Of a stretch of 51,261 nt of DNA, positions 1-9,006 are shown piece by piece. A program made the position numbers and the translations under genes. This stretch comes from Lentisphaeria bacterium (GTDB lineage: Bacteria; Verrucomicrobiota; Lentisphaeria; JABSQK01; JAWLHB01), in the NCBI GenBank assembly GCA_041690595.1, contig JAWLHB010000013.1:124001-175261 (forward strand), given 5' to 3'. The first letter of the stretch is position 1, and every line of letters starts with the position of its first letter. A model generated the notes under the pieces. It was not told the DNA's origin. It did not search any database and was given only the letters and a program-made list of their open reading frames with translations.

Positions 1-1146
1 CAGGTTCGCCTGCCGCCGTGCCAGGTTCAGCAGCGTCGGATTCGGTTTGCTTTCGGTAATATCCGCATGATGCGGCAGCACCGCCGCGGAACCGGCGCCG
101 GTAGCGGCATAGATCGCATCGACCGTGGCGCCGGCCTCCTCCATCAGCAGACGGCACATCCGGTCATGAACGCACAGCACCACCATCAGCGGCACGTAGC
201 CCATGCCGACGCAACTCTGATTGGTTACCACCACCACACTCTGGCCGGCATCCTGAAGCCGGCGGATGGCGCCAGCAGCTCCAGGCAGCAGGTTCATCAA
301 CTCCGGACCGGAATGGTAGGCGGCCCGATCGTTGATCACCCCGTCGCGATCCAGAAAAACCACCGGCCGCGATGGCTGGGCGTCGGCCCCCAGCGCGTGC
401 TCGCTCATGCGCACACCCGTGTCGTCAAGATCGTACATCCGCCAGCGGAACGGCGGCTCGCAGAAGGACGGTCCCGTCGAGAAATGCGTTCCATTTACCT
501 GCAGCAGCTCGGTGCCATGATGATAATGCCCGCTCAGACAAAGCTGCACGCGCTTCGATCGGGTGATCCCATCGAGCAGCGACGCCGCTTCGCCGTAGCT
601 GTGCGGATAGCCTTCGTTCAGCATCGGAGTAATCAGGTAATGTTGAAGGTGCACCTGCGGCGGCGAGTCCGCGCAGGCGAGCGCAGCCAGCCAATCCGTG
701 CGCTGCGGATGAAAGCGGTAGGCCACGTTGCCCTCGTGCTCATTGTCGCAGAACCGCAGCACCCGCCGACCCGCGACGTCCATCGCATTGGCCGCGGGAT
801 CGAAGACCCGCCACATCGCCTCATTCCAATCGTGGTTGCCCGGAAGCACCATGTAGCGCAAACCGCTCTCGTCCAGCAGTTCCTTGATCAGCCGGTAATC
901 CGCCTCCACTACTTGAGACCAGTAGCCGACATCGTCACCGGCAAATCCAGGCGTCGGCCGGCTCAGCCAGAACGGTGCATCCAGCAGATCCCCCGTCAAG
1001 GCCAGCAGATCCGCTTTCTCGTCCGAAATCTGCCGGATAGCCTTCTCCAACAGCGAGGCCATCAACCGTGAGCGCCGAGAGCCGACAGCCGACGTGCCCG
1101 GCTGATGGTGACGCAGATGCAAGTCCGTGATCTGAGCGATGCGCAT
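1..1146 (-). CDS. Calcineurin-like metallophosphoesterase fused to a HAD-IIIA (GmhB/HisB-like) phosphatase; 3' end runs off the window
   Basis: Manual minus-strand translation from ATG 1146 gives MRIAQITDLHL..LTGDLLD..VLPGNHDW..LSGHYH, then in frame VVFLDRDGVIND..VVVVTNQS..SKPNP. Absent from the ORF track because no stop lies in the window; ORF 67..1071(+) is its antisense shadow. Confidence 0.85.
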   Translation of the reverse strand, partial: MRIAQITDLHLRHHQPGTSAVGSRRSRLMASLLEKAIRQISDEKADLLALTGDLLDAPFWLSRPTPGFAGDDVGYWSQVVEADYRLIKELLDESGLRYMVLPGNHDWNEAMWRVFDPAANAMDVAGRRVLRFCDNEHEGNVAYRFHPQRTDWLAALACADSPPQVHLQHYLITPMLNEGYPHSYGEAASLLDGITRSKRVQLCLSGHYHHGTELLQVNGTHFSTGPSFCEPPFRWRMYDLDDTGVRMSEHALGADAQPSRPVVFLDRDGVINDRAAYHSGPELMNLLPGAAGAIRRLQDAGQSVVVVTNQSCVGMGYVPLMVVLCVHDRMCRLLMEEAGATVDAIYAATGAGSAAVLPHHADITESKPNPTLLNLARRQANL

Positions 1147-1361
1147 GGCCTTTTATGCCTCGGGATACTGTCATGAGAGGGGATAACGTTGCCGCGGACG
1201 CCATGGGGGTCGTCCGCTTCGTGAGCTTATACCATGCTTGATGAAGATCTCATTCGCAAGTGCAAATGATGCACCTTCGACAACTCCTTTGCCTCCATCG
1301 CGGGTAGGCACTATAGTACATTCCCCCAACCCTCAACGCTCATTTCAAGGACAGCCGCCAC

Positions 1362-1859
1362 ATGCAATCGATCTCACCATGCAATCCCTACCATGCGGTA
1401 GTGCGCGATCACGAAATGTGGCACGGGCGGGACGACAAGAGCGTCTTCAAGCTCTATTACGTTGACATCATCGGCCGCGCCAATCCCGAACGCACCGAGT
1501 GGGACAAGTGCGCCACCACCAGGGAAGCGCTGCGCGAGGCTCTGGACCGTACCCCAGGCGCGCAAGGCGTCGGCTTCATTACCGCCTTCCCCCATATCAC
1601 CAAGATCTTCCGCTTCGGTCCCGAAGCCGAAACCGTCCTCAATGTGCGCGCCTGGAATACCGTCGACATGAGCGACATCGATCTCGGCCGCTCCGACGGC
1701 TATGTCGAATTCGCCTGTCTCGCCGAAGCCGCTCTCGCCGCGGACGAGTATCGCTTCTGGGCCCAAGCCGCAAGTGTGGAAGCCTACCTCAAGGAATGGA
1801 GCACCTACCGCGACGGCCCCGTCCTCTGCCAAAGCAAGCTGGCGCAATACTGGAGCTAA
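1362..1859 (+). CDS. Hypothetical protein (165 aa)
   Basis: AAGGA RBS upstream, host-like codon use, globular composition; stop overlaps the convergent gene. Confidence 0.75.
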   Translation: MQSISPCNPYHAVVRDHEMWHGRDDKSVFKLYYVDIIGRANPERTEWDKCATTREALREALDRTPGAQGVGFITAFPHITKIFRFGPEAETVLNVRAWNTVDMSDIDLGRSDGYVEFACLAEAALAADEYRFWAQAASVEAYLKEWSTYRDGPVLCQSKLAQYWS

Positions 1860-2629
1860 TCCGCCTGCTCATCTGATGGCCGGACTATCGACAGGGAAAG
1901 CTCGACGTCGTCGCATGGCTCGTCTGGCGGTGCTCCGTGATACCAGAGACGCGCCTGACCACCGATCACCTCTACCGTGGTAACGCTCACCGTTCGGGCG
2001 TCGGCTCGCGCCATGCAGACGCTCAACTCCGGGTGCTTCGGCCAAAGATGTCCGTGAAAACGGTCCTGTTGCACCGCCAGGTCCCCCGGCGCCGCGGCCA
2101 GCAGCATCTCCTCGAAAAGCTCTCGCCGGGGACCGATCACCTTCTCGTCTCCCAGCCCCGAGGAGACATACAGAAAGGGCGCCTCATTCAGCTTGTGGAC
2201 GGAATGCTCAGTCGCGCGCCCATCCCACCGCAAGCTGACCAGCTCCTCCGCATCGACGGCAAGCACGCAAAAGGGGGGATACCATTCCGCCTCCATGCGC
2301 TTCAGTTCCCGCCGCACCTCGCCCAGGGAACCGCAAGCCAGCAGCTCCCGTACGACCAGACCGCGGCTGCGCCGACGCCCTTTCTTCTTCCCGATCTTTC
2401 CACCCGGATAGACGTTGAGCAGGGTCACCGTCAAACCGGCGTCATTCACCCCGATCCAAGTGCCATTCGCCACCGGATCGAGCGGCATCACCGCCCACCG
2501 ACTCCCCGTCCGGACCAGACGAGGCGGCAGCGCTTCCGGACGAGTCCGCTGTTCATCCCGATTCGTCACCAGCCGATATCCCGCCCTGTCCGACTCAGCC
2601 GAATACTGAATAATGGTGACTGTACACAT
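1856..2629 (-). CDS. NRDE family (TANGO2/DUF833-like) protein
   Basis: Start re-assigned to MCTVTII; motifs NRDE..RP, GTWIGVN, SRG, RTVS. Confidence 0.85.
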   Translation of the reverse strand: MCTVTIIQYSAESDRAGYRLVTNRDEQRTRPEALPPRLVRTGSRWAVMPLDPVANGTWIGVNDAGLTVTLLNVYPGGKIGKKKGRRRSRGLVVRELLACGSLGEVRRELKRMEAEWYPPFCVLAVDAEELVSLRWDGRATEHSVHKLNEAPFLYVSSGLGDEKVIGPRRELFEEMLLAAAPGDLAVQQDRFHGHLWPKHPELSVCMARADARTVSVTTVEVIGGQARLWYHGAPPDEPCDDVELSLSIVRPSDEQAD

Positions 2630-2699
2630 GTCGAACCATGATATCCGCTTTCGCAATCGGTACAGAAGTCCCCTTCACAGGGCAACCCTGAAACCACAC

Positions 2700-2735
2700 A
2701 AAAAAAGCGATACCTGCCGAGGCCGGTACCGCTTT
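2700..2735 (-). terminator. Possible Rho-independent terminator after the small lipoprotein gene
   Basis: Imperfect GC stem (gcgatacc/ggtaccgc) beside an A7 run (U tract on the minus strand). Confidence 0.5.
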
Positions 2736-2797
2736 CGTAATCTCGTCTCTCGCGGATCCGCGGACCCGTGTGAGAAAGCTACTTGCTCTACAGCTAC

Positions 2798-2932
2798 TTA
2801 TTCGCTGTCAGCGTCTGCCGCAGGCTCTTCGATGGGCGTTTCGGGCGCCTCGTTCACGACTTCCTGCTTGCAACTGCTGGCGATGAATGAAAGACCGAGA
2901 GCTGCGAGCATGACAATAAAGAACTTCTTCAT
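2798..2932 (-). CDS. Small 44-aa lipoprotein
   Basis: MKKFFIVMLAALGLSFIASSC: basic n-region, hydrophobic core, lipobox-like Cys, then acidic Pro/Glu/Ala tail. Confidence 0.7.
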   Translation of the reverse strand: MKKFFIVMLAALGLSFIASSCKQEVVNEAPETPIEEPAADADSE

Positions 2933-3284
2933 GATGGGTACCCTTTGTTTGATTGATAGTCCCTCCCATCCATCGGCAAATCCGATGGACTTCGTGACCC
3001 CGCCTATGCATCCAATAGTGGAACACATGGATATCACTCTCTGCAATATGCACTGGCGAGCGTGGCGTTGCAACCTTGGTCAACAAAAAAAACGTGCTCT
3101 TCCTCCCGAAAGATAATTGGGTACCTCCTGGAGACTTTTACTACCCTATGCTGACACCCTATGGCTCTTGAACTGCCCTCTGCTCCAAATTCTGGTCCGT
3201 GCCTTGCACGAAAGTGGAACTTGACTGCCCATTGCGTGTCTTTGTGCAACCCACAAATCTTCATTCTCGAGGTATGATTTCGTC

Positions 3285-3782
3285 ATGGAAGAAAAGCTCC
3301 GCCTGCTCTTTGTCTGCCTGGGCAACATTTGCCGTTCACCCTGTGCGGAAGCTGTCTTCCGTCATCTTGCCGCACAACGAGGCCTCGCGAACAAGCTGGA
3401 GATCGATTCAGCAGGAACCGGTGACTGGCATGTCGGCGAGCTGCCCGATGCCAGAATGCGACGCGCCGGCACTGCCCGGGGCTATTGCCTCGACAGCATC
3501 TCCAGGCAGATCCACGCCGAGAGGGATTTCTCCGCCTTCGACTACATCCTCGTCATGGATGACGCCAACATGGCCGATGTCAGGCGCCTAGATCGAGCCG
3601 GAATGCTCAACGGCAAGGTCATGAAGTTCACGGATTTCTGCACGCGACACGACACGAACGAGGTGCCGGATCCCTACTATGGCGGTCCAGATGGCTTCAA
3701 CCATGTCATCGATATTGTCGAGGACGCATGCGAAGGGCTGCTCGATTTTCTCGAGGCCGAGTTCCGGAAGGAGAAGGGCTGA
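3285..3782 (+). CDS. Low molecular weight protein-tyrosine phosphatase
   Basis: FVCLGNICRSP P-loop, DSAGT, DPYYG. Confidence 0.95.
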   Translation: MEEKLRLLFVCLGNICRSPCAEAVFRHLAAQRGLANKLEIDSAGTGDWHVGELPDARMRRAGTARGYCLDSISRQIHAERDFSAFDYILVMDDANMADVRRLDRAGMLNGKVMKFTDFCTRHDTNEVPDPYYGGPDGFNHVIDIVEDACEGLLDFLEAEFRKEKG

Positions 3783-4642
3783 TGAGCCGCAACAGCCTCG
3801 AACGCACCCTTACCGAACACCTGGGCGAGAAGGTTGTCGGCAATCAGAGCGTCGGCGGGGGCTGTATTGCCGAGACTCGGATCGTGACGCTCGAATCCGG
3901 CCGCAAGCTCTTCGTCAAGACCTATGGCGGCCGCCCCCGGATGTACACGTGCGAAGCCAACGGCCTCCGCGAGATTGCATCAGCCATGGTTATCCGTACG
4001 CCAGAGGTCATCCTCGTCACGGATCAGCTTCTCGTCCTGGAGCACATTCAGCCCAGTACACGCAACGCCGACTTCATGCCCGATTTCGGCAGGCGTTTCG
4101 CTGAACTGCATCGCCACACCACCCAGAACTTCGGTTTCCGCGAAGACAATTTCATCGGCACGACACCCCAGCTCAATACCCCCGCCCTGCCCTGCGACTG
4201 GGCTCACTTCTTCTGGGAGTATCGCCTGCTCTACCAATATCGCCTGGTCGAACAGCACGGCCTCGCCCGCCAGGAATTGACCGACCTTTTCCTCAAGCTG
4301 GAAGCCGCCATCGGCCCCCTCCTTGGCACCGTCGACGAGCCCCCCGCCCTCCTCCATGGCGACCTCTGGAGCGGTAACTACATGACCGGCCCCGACGGTT
4401 ATGTCTGCCTCATCGACCCCGCTGTATACTATGGCCATCGAGAAGCCGACCTGGCCATGACGCGTCTTTTCGGAAACTTCGGCGACAGCTTCTACGATGC
4501 CTACAGGGAAGCCTATCCTCTGGCTTCCGGCTGGCGCCGCCGCCTCCCCGTCTACCAGCTTTATCACATGCTCAACCATCTGAATCTCTTCGGGGGCGGC
4601 TACTACAGCCAGTGCGTCCAGTTGCTGCGCGATTGCGTGTAA
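3782..4642 (+). CDS. Fructosamine/ketosamine-3-kinase family protein
   Basis: GGGCI, FVK, FGF..DNFIG, LLHGDLWSGN, DPA.YYGHREADL; TGATG overlap with the PTP gene. Confidence 0.92.
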   Translation: MSRNSLERTLTEHLGEKVVGNQSVGGGCIAETRIVTLESGRKLFVKTYGGRPRMYTCEANGLREIASAMVIRTPEVILVTDQLLVLEHIQPSTRNADFMPDFGRRFAELHRHTTQNFGFREDNFIGTTPQLNTPALPCDWAHFFWEYRLLYQYRLVEQHGLARQELTDLFLKLEAAIGPLLGTVDEPPALLHGDLWSGNYMTGPDGYVCLIDPAVYYGHREADLAMTRLFGNFGDSFYDAYREAYPLASGWRRRLPVYQLYHMLNHLNLFGGGYYSQCVQLLRDCV

Positions 4643-4679
4643 GCGACTATAGTAGAGGAACGCGAACCGGAGGCTCCCG

Positions 4680-4871
4680 ATGGAAAGACGACTTGACGAA
4701 GCGGACCTGAAGAAGCTGCGGCTCCATCTGGAAGCAGCCATGAGCATCGCCCACACCTTCCGGCGGAAGGTCGCCGATGAGGATTCGATCGACTTGGTCC
4801 GGCAACTCGGCGATGTCGGCGAGCTGTTGGGTATCGAACTGGACACCGAGCCGGAAATCGGCGACAGCTGA
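4680..4871 (+). CDS. Small hypothetical protein (63 aa)
   Basis: GGAGG RBS, helical composition, fills the gap between genes. Confidence 0.6.
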   Translation: MERRLDEADLKKLRLHLEAAMSIAHTFRRKVADEDSIDLVRQLGDVGELLGIELDTEPEIGDS

Positions 4872-4875
4872 CCGC

Positions 4876-5571
4876 TTATTCCCCGCGTACGATCAGCTCG
4901 TCCACGACCGACCGGATCCGTCCCGCGGCCCATCGCAGATGGCCGCTGCTGGTGCGCGGCGTACTGCGCAGAGCCACATCCGGCAGGTCATCCCGCGGTA
5001 GAAAGGGCTGCAGCACATAGCGGCTGGCACCTTGGATCAGCTCGGCAATGGCTGCCATCTCCTCTTCGTCATGCACACTTTCGAGCAGCGTCGTGCGGAA
5101 TTCATAGTCGATTCCGCCACCTATTATCAACGCCACCGAGCGCGCAATGACTTCCGGCCGATGATACTGGACCAGCTCCGCATAGGTGCTCAGGCCGCAC
5201 TTGATGTCCATGGCCACATAGTCCAGCCGCGGCAGCAACTTCTCCAGCATTTCCGGATCCGAGCCATTCGTATCCAGCTTCACCGCAAAGCCCCGTTCCT
5301 TGAAGAAGTCGATCAGCCGGGGCAGTTCCTTCCACAGCGTCGGCTCCCCACCGGTGACCACCACGGCCTTCACCCACTGCTCGGCAAAACGGTCGCACGC
5401 TTCTCCAAGCGCCTCCCAAATCAACCCTGGGCGCCGGCTGCCCAGCGCTACCGCATTGTGGCAGTAGCCACAGCGAAAATTGCATCCGCTGGTGAAGAAA
5501 ACCGCCGCCATGCGACCCGGAAAATCCACCATGGAAGGTCGCTTCAGGTAAGCATGAACTGGACTCTGCAT
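4876..5571 (-). CDS. nrdG: Anaerobic ribonucleotide reductase activating enzyme (radical SAM)
   Basis: GCNFRCGYCHN, TGGEPT, LDTNGS, AMDIK, YEFRTT; in operon with nrdD. Confidence 0.92.
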   Translation of the reverse strand: MQSPVHAYLKRPSMVDFPGRMAAVFFTSGCNFRCGYCHNAVALGSRRPGLIWEALGEACDRFAEQWVKAVVVTGGEPTLWKELPRLIDFFKERGFAVKLDTNGSDPEMLEKLLPRLDYVAMDIKCGLSTYAELVQYHRPEVIARSVALIIGGGIDYEFRTTLLESVHDEEEMAAIAELIQGASRYVLQPFLPRDDLPDVALRSTPRTSSGHLRWAAGRIRSVVDELIVRGE

Positions 5572-5643
5572 GATAGGCCTCTACGTCGGCATTGCGCGGG
5601 CGACCTTGCCGTTGTGCAGCCAGGCCGCCCACACATGTGCCGG

Positions 5644-6045
5644 TCAGGATGCCTGCTCCTTGGCTTCGTATAGTATCGACTGGATCATCTTCGGCGTGAT
5701 GACGCCGCGTCCACCCGCCGAATAGTCCGTCTGCACACCGAGGAACTGGTAGAGCTTGGAATTGCCGCACACCTTGTCCACCTCTCCCGCCTGCCGGTTC
5801 GGCAACGGCTTCTCACGCCCCTGCTCATCGCTCTGGGTGACGACGAACGCCGGGATACGCTGCGGATTCAGGCATTCCATCTGGCAGAACTCCACCATCC
5901 CATCTTCCGTCTCCACGTCGATGTAACGCTTCTCGAATTCCTTCCATTCCGGCTTCGCCAAGAGATCGTCCAGGCGACCGTTGAGCACCTTGCACTTCTG
6001 GCAGCCCGCTTTCCCGAACACGAGTATCTGTAAGTTCTTTTTCAT
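5644..6045 (-). CDS. Thioredoxin/NrdH-like CxxC protein
   Basis: VFGKAGCQKC and a cis-Pro-like RIPAFVV; GGAG RBS; lies between nrdD and nrdG. Confidence 0.8.
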   Translation of the reverse strand: MKKNLQILVFGKAGCQKCKVLNGRLDDLLAKPEWKEFEKRYIDVETEDGMVEFCQMECLNPQRIPAFVVTQSDEQGREKPLPNRQAGEVDKVCGNSKLYQFLGVQTDYSAGGRGVITPKMIQSILYEAKEQAS

Positions 6046-6059
6046 GATCTTCTTCTCCT

Positions 6060-8780
6060 TTACTCCGCCGTCACCAGCGATTCTTGGACCGCGGCGCCCG
6101 AAAGATCTTCCGCGCAAACGATCGCATAGCGGCCGCGCTGACGGGCAACCAGCTCGCCATAGCGCTTCGAGCGGTTCCAGTTCTGAATCTTGCTGAAGTA
6201 GCCAACCACCCGGGATTCACCCGTCACTCGCGATGAGCCACAGCTGGGGCAGTTGGTCTGCAGCCCGCGTGTATTGTGGTCGCAATCATTGCAGTAGGTG
6301 AACTCCGGAGAGATCGTCAACTGCGCGCATTGCGTCCGCTTCAGGATATCCTGAACCAGCGAGCCAATGGCTGCCGCCGACGGCTGCTCCTCACCGACAA
6401 ACGCATGAACAATCGCGCCGGATTCGATCAGGCTGTGGAACTTGCTCTGCTCCCGAATACGCTCCACCAGCGAGACATCCGCATCGGCCGCCAGGTGAAT
6501 GCTGTTCGTATAGTACGCTGCGTCGTTTTCCAATCCCTTGATGATGTCCGTCGCCTCGGTGCGGAAATAGATCAGATCCGTCTTGGCAAGGCGCCGCGCC
6601 GCGCTCTCCGCCGGCGATTCCTCCAGCGTGAACTTCAGCCCGTGCTTGCGCGTGAGCTTCTTCGCCTTCAGATACATGTGCGCCACCAGGCGCAGCCCCA
6701 GCTCCATGGCCGCTTCACTGTCGTGCAGCTCTTCGTCCGTCAGAAACTTCACGGCGTCGTTCACCCCGATCAAGCCAAGAATATAGGTGCACGAATCGAG
6801 ATCCACATACGGTGCGCCGTCACTGGCCTTCCGCCCGATCTGGTAGAGCGGACGCCCCGGCTCGCTCATCAGTTCCGCGATCTTCGCCTTCTTCTCCAGG
6901 TGCGCCTGCACCGCGATCTCCATCGTCCGGTCCAGCTCCTCGCAGATCCCTTCGAAATCACGACGTCCCTCGCGGGCCGCGCGATAGGCCGCCTGGGGTA
7001 TGTTGATCGTCACATTCTGGAAACCGCAGAAACGCATGCATTCGGGATGCTGCAGCATCCGCTGATCCTCGATCGTCGTCCGCAGGCGGCAGCACGCCGA
7101 CAAGGTCACCTCATCGCGATCGAAGATGAAGTAGGTCGAGCCATTCCTGCTGGCCAATTCGCAAGCTTCAACGAAGATCTTGTACTGCTCCGGATCCGTA
7201 AAGGTCTCGTCGCTGATGTGAAAGTCGCACTTCGGAAATTCGAAGATGCGACCATTCCGATCCCCCTCACCCCACACCTGCAGCAGAGCGCTCGCAAAAC
7301 GTCTCGCCTCGGCTTCGAATTCGCCGTAGGCGAGGATCGCTTCGCCACCCTTCTTCAACTCCGCCGCGACCTCGGCATCGTACTCCACGGAACCGTCCGC
7401 CGTGAAGTGCTCGCGCAGGACCAGGCGTCGCGTGCCGTCCGCCTCGACCAGGTAAAGATCCATCGCCTGGTAACCCTTCGCGTTGCGCTCATCCCGCAAC
7501 ACTTCCTCCAACTCCGCCACGCTGCCATCCGCCCGGCGCAACATATAATGCCCACCCGGTCCAACAGCCGGTACCGCCCGCAGATACCGCGGCACGCCAG
7601 AGTGAATGTTGAAATCGAGGAAGAGCGTCTGTCCGCCGCGGCTGAAGGCGTTCTGCGAGCCGTTGAAGATCAGCTCCTGCGCCACCTGCTTGATCTGCAC
7701 GTCGTCCAGATGGACCAGATATGGCGCATAGAAGACGTTGATGTACGCGATACCCAGCGCTCCCGCGTAGTTCGCCTGCATCGAGGCCAGGAAGGTGTTC
7801 AGGTGGCCGGTAAGCACCGATGCGCTCCGCGCTGGCCGCGATTCCGTATTGAGATTCACCAGATTCCGCAAGCCATACTTCTTCACGTACTCGATGCTGT
7901 GACTCGAGCAGTAGACGCGGTGCGGGTAGCCAAGGTCGTGCAGATGAATGGCCGCCGTATCGTGTGCCCGTTTCACCTCCGCGGAGAAGATCGTATCCAG
8001 CGCCCACTGCTTGAGCACCAGCTCCGCGATCCCGAGGTTGACCGCCTCCGGATTGTTGTTCACCACATTGCTGTTCTCGCTCGACTTGCTGTACATCAGG
8101 TTCTCGACGAAGTCCTTCGAGATCCCGTACAGCGAGAGGTCGTGCAGCTGCTCGCGATAGCCACGCTCCGCCAGTTCGTTATTCACCATCTCACGGATCA
8201 GCGCCGTGTTCACCGTCTTCATGTCGCAGCTCAGCACGGTATTCTCGACCGCCTTCGCGATGCTGATCGCTTCCTCGCTGCTCAAACGCGCACGCTTGAT
8301 CAACTGATGCGTGATCCGCGCGCGGTCCCACGGCAGCACCACGTTGTTGCTGCTCGACTCCACCAGCAGCAGGCTCGCATCCGTCACGTCCACATCGTTG
8401 GCCAGGCTCCCGTCACGCACCCGGATCTTCCGCCGAGCCACGTCCCGCTGCTTCCGGTACCGCTTGTAGGCGGTCAGCACTTCCGGGCACTTGTTCTCCG
8501 CCAGCACAATCTCCACCAAGTCCTGCACGTCCTCGATCAGCGGCACGATCTTGCCGTCCATGTCGGCATGAACAAAATACTCCGAATCCGGGTTGCCCAG
8601 ATATCCCATGACCTGCCCGGCCATTCTCACGGCCATGGCGCGATCCGCACGCCGCCCGTCTTGCCGGGCCACCGCGTCCGCCGCCCGATATATGGCGTCC
8701 TCTATCTTCTTCGGGTGGAAGGGCACCACCATCCCGTTACGCTTTCTGAATCCATCAAACTTCACGGCTGTTGCTGACAT
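6060..8780 (-). CDS. nrdD: Class III anaerobic ribonucleoside-triphosphate reductase with two N-terminal ATP cones
   Basis: KRNG..F...KI ATP cone, IHLHDL, SACCRL finger loop, PAESAA, YYTNS, CNDC..CPSC Zn site, SRVVGYFS glycyl-radical motif. Confidence 0.96.
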   Translation of the reverse strand: MSATAVKFDGFRKRNGMVVPFHPKKIEDAIYRAADAVARQDGRRADRAMAVRMAGQVMGYLGNPDSEYFVHADMDGKIVPLIEDVQDLVEIVLAENKCPEVLTAYKRYRKQRDVARRKIRVRDGSLANDVDVTDASLLLVESSSNNVVLPWDRARITHQLIKRARLSSEEAISIAKAVENTVLSCDMKTVNTALIREMVNNELAERGYREQLHDLSLYGISKDFVENLMYSKSSENSNVVNNNPEAVNLGIAELVLKQWALDTIFSAEVKRAHDTAAIHLHDLGYPHRVYCSSHSIEYVKKYGLRNLVNLNTESRPARSASVLTGHLNTFLASMQANYAGALGIAYINVFYAPYLVHLDDVQIKQVAQELIFNGSQNAFSRGGQTLFLDFNIHSGVPRYLRAVPAVGPGGHYMLRRADGSVAELEEVLRDERNAKGYQAMDLYLVEADGTRRLVLREHFTADGSVEYDAEVAAELKKGGEAILAYGEFEAEARRFASALLQVWGEGDRNGRIFEFPKCDFHISDETFTDPEQYKIFVEACELASRNGSTYFIFDRDEVTLSACCRLRTTIEDQRMLQHPECMRFCGFQNVTINIPQAAYRAAREGRRDFEGICEELDRTMEIAVQAHLEKKAKIAELMSEPGRPLYQIGRKASDGAPYVDLDSCTYILGLIGVNDAVKFLTDEELHDSEAAMELGLRLVAHMYLKAKKLTRKHGLKFTLEESPAESAARRLAKTDLIYFRTEATDIIKGLENDAAYYTNSIHLAADADVSLVERIREQSKFHSLIESGAIVHAFVGEEQPSAAAIGSLVQDILKRTQCAQLTISPEFTYCNDCDHNTRGLQTNCPSCGSSRVTGESRVVGYFSKIQNWNRSKRYGELVARQRGRYAIVCAEDLSGAAVQESLVTAE

Positions 8781-8855
8781 GGTAAAATGACTCCTTGCGG
8801 CCGGACCCCGCCGATAACCGCGAGGCCCTGTAAAAACTGGTATGCGCGAAAACTA

Positions 8856-8903
8856 AATCAATATATTGTGTCGCAAGGTCTCGTCTACCACAACATCTGG
8901 TAT
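8856..8903. promoter_or_regulatory. Tandem NrdR boxes
   Basis: aatcaatatattgtgt (8856-8871) and ccacaacatctggtat (8888-8903) match acaCwAtATaTwGtgt; 32-bp offset; directly upstream of nrdD. Confidence 0.85.
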
Positions 8904-9006
8904 CTACCACAAATTCCGTGCGATTACGCACGAAAGTTTCATACCAGATAATCCCGCCTTGAAAGTATAGTATTGGCTCCGCGCGGTACTCGCCGCCGTT
9001 TTGACG

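Noticed and set aside
67..1071. 334-aa plus-strand ORF
   Set aside because: It is the in-register antisense shadow of the phosphoesterase-HAD gene, with His/Arg-rich non-protein-like composition.
2676..2695. c-di-GMP-I riboswitch suggested by cacagggcaaccctg
   Set aside because: It is only a GCAA-loop hairpin; the downstream GGGACGCAAAG and second stem are absent.
7329..7550. Intein in NrdD
   Set aside because: It is too short and lacks the N-terminal Cys/Ser and the C-terminal His-Asn plus Cys/Ser/Thr signature; kept as a plain insertion.
6276..8777. 833-aa plus-strand ORF and similar long antisense ORFs (e.g. 32582-34768, 20993-22909, 37231-38793, 43842-45284)
   Set aside because: These are shadows of well-supported opposite-strand genes (nrdD, ppk1/mgtE and others), as expected from high-GC codon bias; they carry no motifs.
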